DNA of 64,000 nucleotides from a virus. Positions 35,786-45,812 of this stretch are shown piece by piece. How positions within the stretch are numbered: the stretch's first letter is position 1; each line of letters begins with the position of its first letter. The notes below the pieces were generated by a model. The model was not told the DNA's origin and did no database searches. It worked only from the letters and a program-made list of their open reading frames with translations. The stretch covers positions 1 to 64,000 of IMG/VR virus record IMGVR_UViG_3300021399_000145. One strand, 5' to 3'. Both the position numbers and the translations under genes were made by a program.

Positions 35786-37180
35786 AGGCACGTACTCAGT
35801 ATTAAACATGTAATGTTCAGTTTTTGCCGCTTTATTCTCTTCGTAAATTGGTTTTAAGCAACGTGTACAGTATTCGAAATACTCTTCGTTTGGCGAGATA
35901 TCAATACCTAAGAATTCCGCACCCTCGACAAGTCCGTTAATACCAACTGTCAAGAATTGCTTATCCATATTGATGAATCCTGCGTCATAAATCGGAAGCA
36001 TCTTTGTTTTCAAGAAATCACGCAGATTATCATCATAAGCGATTTGATACTTGTGTACTAATCTCACCTGTTCTCTGATTTTGCTATCTAAATAGTTATA
36101 AAACTCTTCTTTATCTCTCCACTCCTTATACTTATATGCGTCCTGTACAAGTCGATTGAAGTTAATTGTGATAACACTCTTGCTACCTGTTGATACGCCG
36201 CCCGCTCCGAGAGTATACGAGAATGTATTATCTTGCAGTTCGTTTCTAAGTCTGCAACAGCTCGCCAACGAATCAACTGAATTACTACGATACATAAAGA
36301 ACGAATGTCCTTTAGCCCACATTTCTGCGACAAAATCGGCAAATTCTTTATCTACATAATCAACTCCATCATCTAAAAGATTTACTGTTTCAACAGGGAA
36401 AGTGAGAATTGTTCTCAGACGTTCTCTATTGAACCAATTCATAAACTTTTTCTGTAACCACAGCACTGATTCATACTGTGGTTCTGTGCCATCTGGGAAT
36501 ACAAAATCCTCGAAGATACTTTCAAAGTACGGTCTGTCAAAATAAGCGATATTCCAAAATACGCTCTGGTAGTTTCTCGCCGCCGCAGGTTGATTTAAAC
36601 TGTAAACAACTTCTTGAAAACACTGACTAATTACACTATCAATATCTCTGCGTCTTTTTGACAAATCAACAACTTCATTGCTTCTTAAATAATAGTCATC
36701 TCCGTATTCTTTGCGGATAAAGTAATCCATATAAGTTAAAAACTCTGGCGTACTTACCGCACCTGCAAACTGCGATGCAACCGCAAAAACAAGATTCACG
36801 AATGACCCGCAAAATGACTGTAAATTCTTCGGCGGTTCTGAAATGCCGCCAATATTTTTCATCCCTTTAAACAAATACGGATACATTGTGATGCTAACGC
36901 AGTAGGGGAAAATACTTGTTTCATCATGTTTGTAGATTTGATGTTTATCTAACTGCTCAATGTATTTTTCTGCTACTTCTTCGCCAAATAATTCCTTCTG
37001 CTTGTCATACATTAATGTACGGTTAATACCAATCATTAACTTTTTCGGAATCTCACCAGTTAAGGTTGTAATATTTTTGTTTTCTACATTAGCGTTCGAA
37101 TCTACCGCGCTACCAGTTGCGGCGTTCGATGCTCTCGTATACTTCTTAATAAATTTTATATCGCTATCATACCTCTTCAA
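35786..37180 (-). CDS. nrdD: Anaerobic ribonucleoside-triphosphate reductase NrdD, exon 1
   Basis: SCCRLRN, GAGGVSTGS and TFPV are class III RNR motifs. The ORF-track ORF continues 8 codons into the intervening sequence before its stop. Confidence 0.75.
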
Positions 37181-37181
37181 A

Positions 37182-37394
37182 TCAATTTTTTACCTCCACA
37201 TTATTCAGCCATTTAACCGCTTCGGGAAATGTCATTACTTTATTGTCTACTTCTAACAACGGTACGGTTTGGAATCCGAGTTTCCGCGCCTCATTAACAT
37301 CGGTAGTTGACTCGTAATCGAGTCCGAGACTATCCATTTTTTCCTTAATGAATTCACACTTAGGACAGCCAACATTAGAGTAAAGTTTAATCAT
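37182..37394 (-). CDS. nrdH: Glutaredoxin-like NrdH-redoxin
   Basis: CPKC active site in a 70-aa thioredoxin-fold-sized protein. Confidence 0.65.
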   Translation of the reverse strand: MIKLYSNVGCPKCEFIKEKMDSLGLDYESTTDVNEARKLGFQTVPLLEVDNKVMTFPEAVKWLNNVEVKN

Positions 37395-37478
37395 TCACAT
37401 CTCTCCTTTATTATTTAGTAAACAACTATTTGAAATTCGGCAGTTTTAAATTTTGCCGAAATTCACACAATTCCACGA

Positions 37479-38237
37479 TTATATTATTCTGATAATTTTT
37501 TCATATAAAATATTAAATTTACCGAATATTTGTTTTTCGCAATGATAATGACCGCAATACCATTTATTAAACTTTAAACCGTTGATTAGTAGTAAATCAT
37601 TAAAATATTGTGTTAAGCAATCTCCGTCCATACATCCTATATAAACAGAAACGTCCTGTGGAAGACAATGTGTTATAACATAATCCACTTCGTAATTAAC
37701 GTCTTCAAGCGATTGTATACCGCGCTTCATTTCTTCCTCTGATGGAAGTTCCTCTTCCCACCACGAAACGCCTTTAACGCGGAACATCTTATTATGTTTT
37801 CGCCACGAATTATAAACTCTTTTAAATTCTTCTTTGGTTTCAAATTCCTTCGGGTCTAAAATTCCATCTTGAATATCATGCGAACTTGCGCCGCCGAACG
37901 CGAAAAACTTTTTGCCGCAAAGATTGAAAACATAACCGCGCATCAGGTGATAAATGTTATCAGTTATCTTGTGCGCTTTCCCACCACAAAAATCAACAAC
38001 TGGAAACGTATTTAATAAATTGAAGCCTTCATGGTTGCCATCGACAAATAATGTCGTAAACGGCTTATCATTCAGCCAATCAAGCCAGTATTTTTCTTCT
38101 TTGGAGTTAGACCAAATTCCACCAAAATCGCCTAATATAATAACAAAATCATTTCTTGCCATTTCTTTTTGCTCTGGAAATATTGAAGTAGAAAATCTCC
38201 TAAAATCCCCGTGGCAATCTCCTGTAACGTATACCAT
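37479..38237 (-). CDS. Calcineurin-like metallophosphoesterase
   Basis: GDCHGD, ILGDFG and GNHE are metallophosphatase motifs I to III. Confidence 0.65.
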   Translation of the reverse strand: MVYVTGDCHGDFRRFSTSIFPEQKEMARNDFVIILGDFGGIWSNSKEEKYWLDWLNDKPFTTLFVDGNHEGFNLLNTFPVVDFCGGKAHKITDNIYHLMRGYVFNLCGKKFFAFGGASSHDIQDGILDPKEFETKEEFKRVYNSWRKHNKMFRVKGVSWWEEELPSEEEMKRGIQSLEDVNYEVDYVITHCLPQDVSVYIGCMDGDCLTQYFNDLLLINGLKFNKWYCGHYHCEKQIFGKFNILYEKIIRII

Positions 38238-38254
38238 ATTACCTACATTCCCCT

Positions 38255-38734
38255 TTAGAACTTGATGATAGTTTCAAGGAACATATATTTTCTCACGTAT
38301 TCTACCAATAAATCAGCTTCGTCTGCATAGAATATTTTATCGCTCATATACCTAACAAACGGATGCATATCATAATGAGCCACATCGAACGCTTTGTCAT
38401 CATCACGTTTTGTGTCATACAAGTATATAATAATAGGAATCTTGTTAATATAAGCCGCCGTAAGCTCCGCCATAGTTCCAAGCGAATCTTGCTCTTTATT
38501 CCAACCAACTATGATAACAGAACAGTCTTGCGCTTGTCTTAATTCCCATCGTATATATTCCTTGTCCGTATCATAGTTATCTTCAACTGTATTATAATAA
38601 TCTACTGGATTGACAACTTTAGCGTAGTAAATTTGTATCCTTAACTTATCTGTTATGGTTGAACGCCACGAATTCATATCGTCTTTCGATAGTCCAGACA
38701 TTTTTCCAGAAAGGTAAATTGTGAAATTTTTCAA
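38255..38734 (-). CDS. Nucleoside 2-deoxyribosyltransferase-like protein (NDT/Rcl family)
   Basis: N-terminal IYLSGKMSG resembles the NDT/DNPH1 glycine-rich motif (IYLAGP/IYFCGS). The size and a conserved Glu region are consistent. Confidence 0.4.
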   Translation of the reverse strand: MKNFTIYLSGKMSGLSKDDMNSWRSTITDKLRIQIYYAKVVNPVDYYNTVEDNYDTDKEYIRWELRQAQDCSVIIVGWNKEQDSLGTMAELTAAYINKIPIIIYLYDTKRDDDKAFDVAHYDMHPFVRYMSDKIFYADEADLLVEYVRKYMFLETIIKF

Positions 38735-38739
38735 AAATT

Positions 38740-39006
38740 TTACTCCCTTTTAAAATAATATACTGAATTTTCTGTATGAAGTTTTACTGTTGAAGATGAT
38801 TTATCACTCTCGACTGCGGTAACATGCGAAGTGATTAATGACTTTAGAAAACTTGGATACACACATTCCAAATAAACACTTCTGTTTTCAGATGACAGCA
38901 AATCTTCAATTGTAAAATCGAATATTCTACCTATTCTGTTTAATGATGCTTCGTCAGTTTTATCATTGCCATTCTTATCTTCAACTTTATAGAGTTTATA
39001 ATACAT
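38740..39006 (-). CDS. Hypothetical protein
   Basis: ORF track. Confidence 0.35.
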   Translation of the reverse strand: MYYKLYKVEDKNGNDKTDEASLNRIGRIFDFTIEDLLSSENRSVYLECVYPSFLKSLITSHVTAVESDKSSSTVKLHTENSVYYFKRE

Positions 39007-39009
39007 ATT

Positions 39010-39234
39010 TTATATCAATGCCTCCGTAAAAATATGGATTATATCAAGGTCAATAGGTTTGCTATTTTCTAAACAATGTTCAATATATAGATTATTAATT
39101 AAAAGAACTGTATCTGCTCTTATTAAACTATCATATGTTGCTTGAGAAATCTTAAACGTTTTTTCGTCACTCGAAGTAGGCATCACATTCTCCTTTCTTA
39201 TTTTGCGACCAATTATGTGTATTAATAGGGACAT
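39010..39234 (-). CDS. Hypothetical protein
   Basis: ORF track. Confidence 0.3.
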   Translation of the reverse strand: MSLLIHIIGRKIRKENVMPTSSDEKTFKISQATYDSLIRADTVLLINNLYIEHCLENSKPIDLDIIHIFTEALI

Positions 39235-39358
39235 TCCACGGCTGTTTTAAGTGGTGTCTCCCGCATTCGTATTTGTTACATTTCCAGTTGCCGCAAAAAA
39301 TAAAATTTTCGCAGTTTGTTTTGTCGCATTTTAAATTACAACATTCAATACCCTTCAC
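39167..39358 (-). CDS. Small Cys-rich protein (12 Cys in 63 aa)
   Basis: ORF track, overlapping its neighbour. Confidence 0.3.
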   Translation of the reverse strand: MKGIECCNLKCDKTNCENFIFCGNWKCNKYECGRHHLKQPWNVPINTHNWSQNKKGECDAYFE

Positions 39359-39693
39359 TTTAAAACCTCTCTCATGTTCTGTGGTATCGTGTTTAGTATA
39401 TCGTCTGCGTTTGCGTTAATAATTCTTTTTATTTCTCCTATATACCATTTTGACTTTTCTACATCTTCATCGCCGTTCTTATCTTCGCAACGCCAAAGGT
39501 ATTTAAAAACATTACATAGACAAAAGTTTATAACGGCTTTATCTCCAAACAAGTATCTCATTGCGTCTATGCATTGCACTTTCTCCTGTCTATAATGAGA
39601 AGGGTTTATTGCGTCTATCTTTTCTTTTTGTTTATTAAACTCTTGCATACTCTTTAAGCTTATATCTTCTTTCGGTGTATTTAAATTCATCAT
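39355..39693 (-). CDS. Hypothetical protein
   Basis: ORF track. Confidence 0.35.
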   Translation of the reverse strand: MMNLNTPKEDISLKSMQEFNKQKEKIDAINPSHYRQEKVQCIDAMRYLFGDKAVINFCLCNVFKYLWRCEDKNGDEDVEKSKWYIGEIKRIINANADDILNTIPQNMREVLK

Positions 39694-39725
39694 AATCCAT
39701 TCTAAATAATTTCATAATCTTTAAC

Positions 39726-39932
39726 TTATTCCACAATAACTTTCGTGCCAAAAAATACAGGTTTTAAATCATATACTTCGCACAGATTATCAAACTCTGT
39801 TTTAAATTCATTGCAATCTGTAAGTCTATATAATTCGCTCAATATGTTTGCCAACATGTATAAATTGTCTCTGTCTGTGGAATCACCATACTTATCAAAT
39901 AACGCTTCTATTATCTCGTATGAATATTCCAC
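39726..39932 (-). CDS. Small hypothetical protein (GTG start)
   Basis: ORF track, with a promoter-motif copy and an AGGAGG RBS upstream. Confidence 0.3.
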   Translation of the reverse strand: MEYSYEIIEALFDKYGDSTDRDNLYMLANILSELYRLTDCNEFKTEFDNLCEVYDLKPVFFGTKVIVE

Positions 39933-39977
39933 TTAATAGTATTCACCTCCTTCCTTTTTGCTACTTATATTCTCCTT

Positions 39978-40226
39978 TTATTCTTGTATTATACCACTTT
40001 TAGGGTCATATTTCAACCCCGAAAACATACTTTCTATCTCTTCTTTTGCGACATAACTAAACTTAAAATCTGAATTATTAATTATATCAGCTATTTCTTT
40101 TTGATTTTCGGCAAAAGATACTAATTCTGCGGTTTTTCCACAAACGCTACATACTAAATCTTTGTCCGCCAATTTAAAATCTGTAACAACTGGGTCGCCC
40201 ATGCAAGACTTATAGATATAATACAA
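39978..40226 (-). CDS. Small protein with CSVCGK zinc-ribbon-like motif
   Basis: ORF track. Confidence 0.3.
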   Translation of the reverse strand: MYYIYKSCMGDPVVTDFKLADKDLVCSVCGKTAELVSFAENQKEIADIINNSDFKFSYVAKEEIESMFSGLKYDPKSGIIQE

Positions 40227-40235
40227 TATATCACC

Positions 40236-40778
40236 TCACTTCATTAAATGCGACCTTAAAGCACTGAAACATATTTCATAAATAATTTTGCCAGTAGTTT
40301 CTTTTTTCATGAACAGCGGTGTAATACCATTCTTAACTTGCAAAGATAAGATTGTTCTTAATACGGCTGTCGAGTTCATACTACTTCTATAATTTCCTCG
40401 CAGTATATCCTCTATGGCTGTATCCTCTATAATAAGATAGTTTCTCACCCCGCCATACATCCTTCTAAACTCACGGAAAACACGACCCTCATCTTTTGAA
40501 GCATTAGTAAAATTACCAACGAGTTCGCTAAGATTCGCTTTTCTTTCTATACATAATTCATCGGTCAGATACCAGTCTCTTGTAATCCCTAACTCTTCAC
40601 ACTTAGTAATCAGTAATGAATAATCGCCAGTCTCAAGAGCTTTGTTTTTCCATAGTATTTTATGTTCATCAAAGTAGTCTGTTATATGTGAATTAACTTT
40701 CTCTTGCGTATCAACAAGTATTACAAAGTGTTCCGACATTAATTTATCTTGTTCTTTTTGTGTAAATCTTAATTGCAT
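40236..40778 (-). CDS. ERCC4-type (XPF/Mus81/Hef-like) nuclease domain protein, tentative
   Basis: VILVDTQEK ... GDYS ... IERKANLSEL matches the ERCC4 pattern of acidic strand, GDF/Y, ERK-x3-D/E. Confidence 0.35.
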   Translation of the reverse strand: MQLRFTQKEQDKLMSEHFVILVDTQEKVNSHITDYFDEHKILWKNKALETGDYSLLITKCEELGITRDWYLTDELCIERKANLSELVGNFTNASKDEGRVFREFRRMYGGVRNYLIIEDTAIEDILRGNYRSSMNSTAVLRTILSLQVKNGITPLFMKKETTGKIIYEICFSALRSHLMK

Positions 40779-40780
40779 TA

Positions 40781-43700
40781 TTAGTACATATTATTCCCTT
40801 CTATTACTCTATATCTATTTATCCACAACTCCTTTTCTTTATAGTCCTTAATCCATTTTCCATCTTCGCCCATTTTATACTTTGGCGAATATTTGTATGA
40901 CTCGATAATAACCAAATCACCAGTCTTTATTTTCTGACCATTAAACAACTTTTTCTGGACTTTAACATCTAATACACTGCCATTTGCAAGGCAATAAACC
41001 TGTAATCTCGGTGAATAGGTGGTGACGCATGATGTAACAAACACTAAATTTGCGTACTTCCACTTATCTATAATATCTATATAACCAAGATATTCTCTCT
41101 GGTCTGATATCTTATCCTTTAAACCTCTTCGCGGACAGTTGTCCTTATAGTTCTTTTCAAAACGGCGAAGCAAAGCGAACATATCAACACGCATGTATGT
41201 CTTGTCTGTTTTTCTCTCGCAATAATCTTCAAGCAAACTTTCTGGTATACATAACTTCTTTGCGGAAGTAGCTTTTACATTCCTAAACTGTTTCACCTCG
41301 CCAGATTTATAGACGTTATAAAACATATCTACTACATGGAGTAATGCGTTTGTCTCACCAAAACTCTTGAAGAAATCTAACTTTGTCAAAATTTTTATAT
41401 GTTCTGATGTTACATCACCCTTGCAGTTTTCTTTAACAGCCACAAGCAAGTCTGTAAATGTATCAAAATCCCTGTCATAAAGTTGCGATAAACTATTTCC
41501 AGTATTTTTTCCTATACTTTTTATTGAACGCAACCCTTTAACAACAGCATTTTCTTCTTTAATGAAAGAATAACCATTCATAGACTCGCCAAACTGAATT
41601 TGTTTAATTTTTATACCGTGTTTCTTTGCATACGTAGTAATATTTTTTGTCTTTTCTATGTCGCCATCAAACGTTTCGAGAGCCGCCGCAACCCATTCAA
41701 GCGGATAATAATGTCTATACCACGCTGAAATATAAGCAATTGCATGATATGACATGCTGTGAATCTTAGAAAACGAGTAGTCAGACGCATCAAGGATTGT
41801 CTGTAAGAATGGTTCAATTGTAATTTCCGCTTCTTCTCTCGCAACCCCATATTCATTAACCATCGTGTCTATAAAACGTTTCTTAATCTCTGGCAGTAAT
41901 GATTCTGTACCTTTCTTTTTAGCGATTGCTCTACGGACTACATCAGCTTCACCCGCCGAATACCCCGCAAATTTCTGTAACCACTCGCTAATTTCCTCCT
42001 GAAATAACAGTCTACCAAAAGTCGGGTCTAAGAAATCTTGCAACGGCTTTAATTCGTAATCTACATATTCGCCCTCTGCAATAGAGTCACGATAAGACGT
42101 TCCTGACGGTCTAAGTGCGGCGTTACAAATCGCTCCTAAGTTAAAAAGGTCTAAGTCTCCACGCCTTTTCAGTACCTTTGCCATTGTTTCGTCAGAGAAA
42201 AATCTGCGAATGAAAGCGAAAGCCATAGAGGATTCATATTGGAAAATCATAGTGGTATCTTGTCTCATATCCCTAATGACTTCAAAATCTTCCATATCCT
42301 GAAATCTTTCACTGTCTGGCGTAGGCTTCTCGTGACCGCAATACTCCGCAACAAGATTAATCAGTTTAAGATTATTAAGACCCAACAAATCAAACTTAAC
42401 CCAATTGTAAGCATCGAGCGACTTCATTTGTACCTGCGTAGATATATAATCTGAACTTCCAGATTTTGCAGTTCCAAGCTCTCTTTCAATGTTTCTATCA
42501 GATATAAGAATACCACTCGCGTGAATCCCAGTATTAACAACAACACCAATAACAAGATTGACAATTTCGCACAAGCTAGGATATTTCTTTTCCATTTCTG
42601 GCGTAATCTCGTCTTTATCGCCAAGCATAGACTTGATACAATCTATCTCTTTTAAGTTATATTTAAGACCTTTTCCGACATACTCTATAGCCTTTCTAGC
42701 TTTCATTGTACCGAATGTTATAATCTGCGCGGCTTTCATATTCGGTAATCCTAAATGGTCTTCAATCATAAATTTTGTGACTCTCGCTTTTGATTCGTCA
42801 TCATAATCCGTGTCGATATCAGCAAGATTAACGCGCTCTCTTGACATGAATCGCGAAAACGGAAGGTCATATTTAATTGAATCCATTTCTGTTATTCTAT
42901 TTACATATGCCAACATAGAACCGCCGACAGAACCACGCCCAAATCCATAGTTAATTCCATTGGCGTTCTCATAATCTCTAATATGCATCTGTAAAAGCAT
43001 GAAATCCTGCGCATTATTGTCGCACATTACTTCATACTCTTCTCTTAAACGAGGCTCTATTTCTTCCCAAGTGTACCTTTTACTTGCGTAAGGATGATTC
43101 TTGTACGCTTTAACTGTTTTATCCCACAAAACCTTTTTACCATCTTCATAAATTTTAGGATATTTATAGTTCTTATCAAGCGTAAATTCTTCTATCCTGT
43201 CAGCCATAACGTTTGTTTCTTCAATAGCTTTTAAGTAAACATCTTCTGGAAACACGTCTTGCTTCTTATATTCTCCTACGAGATTATTGTAACTCAGCAT
43301 ACATAAATTAAATTCTTCTTCGTCTGGATATGATTTGCCCGCGCCACGTTCAACAATTAGTCTTGCACATGCATACTCTTTATTGAAAGAATGTGTATCA
43401 GTACCCGCTATAAGAGGAACGCCGATTGATTTATGTATATCATAAACGTATTTATTATATTCAATTTGACTTGCGCAATTATGATGCTGTATCTCTAAGT
43501 AACACCTGTCCCTATTCTGGCTTAAAAAATTAATTGTTCTTTCTCTAACATCTTCATTAGATTTAGTTCCCAATAATCCGCCAATACAAGCTGTTGTTAT
43601 AATAATATTGTCGCTCGTAGAGAATAATTCGTCCATTGTTATGCGCGGCTGATAATACATATGTTCTTTATCGAAAGATTTTGAGCTTAATTCATTTAAT

Positions 43701-44035
43701 TCAAGTACACCATCATAATTCTTAGCTATAAGCATTACATGATAATTATCACGTATCTTATCTTCGCCAATCTTATTTGCCGTAACATACGCTTCTATTT
43801 CATGAATATACTTCATGCCAGATGCTTCAATCATTTCTTTTTTGGCAATCCAGTCGAAAAGATTTCCATGTTCAGAGAACCCAATCGCTTTCATTCCCCA
43901 CTCTTTAGCCTGTTTGACGTATAATCCTATCGGAGTAAGACAATCCATTCCCGCTATCGGATTACTATATGGACTATGTAAATGGTATATTGTATAATTA
44001 TTACTCATTCTCTTCCTCTTCATCTTTATACTCAC
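40781..44035 (-). CDS. dnaE: DNA polymerase III alpha subunit (DnaE-type, with N-terminal PHP domain)
   Basis: YTIYHLHSPYSN is PHP motif I. The fingers/palm region carries FGRGSVGGS and YVNRIT. The 1084-aa length fits. Confidence 0.8.
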   Translation of the reverse strand: MSIKMKRKRMSNNYTIYHLHSPYSNPIAGMDCLTPIGLYVKQAKEWGMKAIGFSEHGNLFDWIAKKEMIEASGMKYIHEIEAYVTANKIGEDKIRDNYHVMLIAKNYDGVLELNELSSKSFDKEHMYYQPRITMDELFSTSDNIIITTACIGGLLGTKSNEDVRERTINFLSQNRDRCYLEIQHHNCASQIEYNKYVYDIHKSIGVPLIAGTDTHSFNKEYACARLIVERGAGKSYPDEEEFNLCMLSYNNLVGEYKKQDVFPEDVYLKAIEETNVMADRIEEFTLDKNYKYPKIYEDGKKVLWDKTVKAYKNHPYASKRYTWEEIEPRLREEYEVMCDNNAQDFMLLQMHIRDYENANGINYGFGRGSVGGSMLAYVNRITEMDSIKYDLPFSRFMSRERVNLADIDTDYDDESKARVTKFMIEDHLGLPNMKAAQIITFGTMKARKAIEYVGKGLKYNLKEIDCIKSMLGDKDEITPEMEKKYPSLCEIVNLVIGVVVNTGIHASGILISDRNIERELGTAKSGSSDYISTQVQMKSLDAYNWVKFDLLGLNNLKLINLVAEYCGHEKPTPDSERFQDMEDFEVIRDMRQDTTMIFQYESSMAFAFIRRFFSDETMAKVLKRRGDLDLFNLGAICNAALRPSGTSYRDSIAEGEYVDYELKPLQDFLDPTFGRLLFQEEISEWLQKFAGYSAGEADVVRRAIAKKKGTESLLPEIKKRFIDTMVNEYGVAREEAEITIEPFLQTILDASDYSFSKIHSMSYHAIAYISAWYRHYYPLEWVAAALETFDGDIEKTKNITTYAKKHGIKIKQIQFGESMNGYSFIKEENAVVKGLRSIKSIGKNTGNSLSQLYDRDFDTFTDLLVAVKENCKGDVTSEHIKILTKLDFFKSFGETNALLHVVDMFYNVYKSGEVKQFRNVKATSAKKLCIPESLLEDYCERKTDKTYMRVDMFALLRRFEKNYKDNCPRRGLKDKISDQREYLGYIDIIDKWKYANLVFVTSCVTTYSPRLQVYCLANGSVLDVKVQKKLFNGQKIKTGDLVIIESYKYSPKYKMGEDGKWIKDYKEKELWINRYRVIEGNNMY

Positions 44036-44777
44036 AACTCAATCTAAAATCGCAAAGCTGATTACACATTATAAAGCTCTTCTTCGGAAGAAACTCTTCA
44101 TCATTTTCGATATTATGAATTGTATTAATCGCCCACTGTTGCACTGTTTTGCACTCTTCTTCGTTAAAATCTATACTGACAACTTGTTGGTCGCGAAATA
44201 ATAACCATTTTAGAGTTTTTGGATATGTTTTGTATTGCTGATATATACCGCAAGCATAAAGTAACGCTTGTTTCTTATATCCTTCCCATGTGTCAACACT
44301 CTGCTTTTTAGGTTCACCATTCTTTTTTAAAGTTCCACTCGCAGACTTATAATCAACAATGATGTGATTGTCGTTGTCATCCTTTAAATGCAAGTCGATA
44401 AATCCGTGAAAATTATAATCGCCAATAGAGAAATTAATCTCTTCTTCCGCATCAACTATCTGATAATCTTTGAACAGCGAAAAGTCGTACTCCGCAAAAA
44501 AGTCTAAACATTGGTTCTCAGTTTTATCTCGCGTTGATTCTCTTACATACTCGCTATTAGATTGTGCTAAATCAAGATAATATTCTCCCGCATCTTCAAT
44601 ATCTATTATGCCTTTGGCTACATTTTCTAATGTTTGATGGACTGCGCTACCATTTTCCGCATACCAATTAGAACACCCGTCCCTATTCTCTATATAGTTC
44701 AAATACCATTGATATGGACAACTTTCGTATGATGACAGCCGACTATAGCTCCATATAAAGTTATTATATTTTTGCAA
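44001..44777 (-). CDS. Cas4/RecB-like PD-(D/E)xK nuclease with 4-Cys Fe-S cluster
   Basis: N-terminal CPYQWY plus C-terminal CNQLCDFRLSC cysteines, with IIVDYKS forming the catalytic D/E-x-K core. Confidence 0.6.
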   Translation of the reverse strand: MQKYNNFIWSYSRLSSYESCPYQWYLNYIENRDGCSNWYAENGSAVHQTLENVAKGIIDIEDAGEYYLDLAQSNSEYVRESTRDKTENQCLDFFAEYDFSLFKDYQIVDAEEEINFSIGDYNFHGFIDLHLKDDNDNHIIVDYKSASGTLKKNGEPKKQSVDTWEGYKKQALLYACGIYQQYKTYPKTLKWLLFRDQQVVSIDFNEEECKTVQQWAINTIHNIENDEEFLPKKSFIMCNQLCDFRLSCEYKDEEEENE

Positions 44778-44780
44778 CTA

Positions 44781-45812
44781 TTACCTCCACCTTCTTTTAT
44801 TTTTATATAAAAACTCCCAATTTTCCTCGCCCATATCGGCAGGACTATCCTTCTCCCCAAGAATATTTGTCTGGTCATATATATAATATAGGTTTGAGAA
44901 GATTTTTAATTTGTTCATTTGCCTCCGCATTTCTCTCTCTTTTGCGGAGTAAAATTCAACATCTTTATCAAACGCTACGACAACATTACTACATCCAAGC
45001 TGTAATATTTCCTTAATTTGACCATCCGTTAAAGCGTGTGTTTCTGCGGAAACTACATTTTTTATTCCCCAATCGTAACATTTCATCACGCTTTTAATAC
45101 TTTCAAATATAATTATTTCATCAGCTTTCAGAATATAAGGCTTTGCTCTATCAAGATTCTGAAAATAATCAAGACCGTTAACAGGATAATAATTTTTATA
45201 TTTTGCAATCCTCATCTTTTTATAGTCTTGATATCTCGTTCTACCTTTTATATTTATTAAATTTCCGTCGGAATCTCTTACTGGATAGATAATTCTGTTT
45301 GCACCCTTATCTATACGTATATCAAACTCTCTTATAGTCTCCTGAGATATCCCCTCTGCTTCCCATTCTGGTACTCTCTCGATGCTATATTTGTCTAGCG
45401 TAGATTCGGGGATAAAAGTATGTTGTATATCTTTCCTATTTATAATTTTTTTCTGTTCACGGCTCTGATTCCGCAACATAATAACAGTCGGTGACTGACA
45501 CATCTTTGACATATCCATATCAGCCAGTTCAGAAGCTTTCTTTACTGCGTCATTAAAACTTATTTGTTCAATCACTACAAGCCACTTAATTATTCCTCCG
45601 CCTTGCTTACATGAATGACAATAAAAATTCCTATGCAATCCGTCCTCATCTTCTGAAATTGCAAGGCTCGGAGTGTTGTCTGTGTGTAAAGGACAGTGAG
45701 TAAAATAATCTTTTCCGCTTCTTTTAAATTCAAACCCTTTGCTTTCCGCGTACTCTAGCAAGTCAATTTTATCTCTCAATTCGTCTAAAAAATTCTGGTC
45801 AATATTTATCAA
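44781..45812 (-). CDS. dnaG: DnaG-like primase (CHC2 zinc finger plus TOPRIM)
   Basis: CPLHTDNTPSLAI...YCHSCKQGG zinc finger, and a TOPRIM region with E...DxD (IIFES...AFDKD). Confidence 0.7.
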   Translation of the reverse strand: MINIDQNFLDELRDKIDLLEYAESKGFEFKRSGKDYFTHCPLHTDNTPSLAISEDEDGLHRNFYCHSCKQGGGIIKWLVVIEQISFNDAVKKASELADMDMSKMCQSPTVIMLRNQSREQKKIINRKDIQHTFIPESTLDKYSIERVPEWEAEGISQETIREFDIRIDKGANRIIYPVRDSDGNLINIKGRTRYQDYKKMRIAKYKNYYPVNGLDYFQNLDRAKPYILKADEIIIFESIKSVMKCYDWGIKNVVSAETHALTDGQIKEILQLGCSNVVVAFDKDVEFYSAKEREMRRQMNKLKIFSNLYYIYDQTNILGEKDSPADMGEENWEFLYKNKRRWR

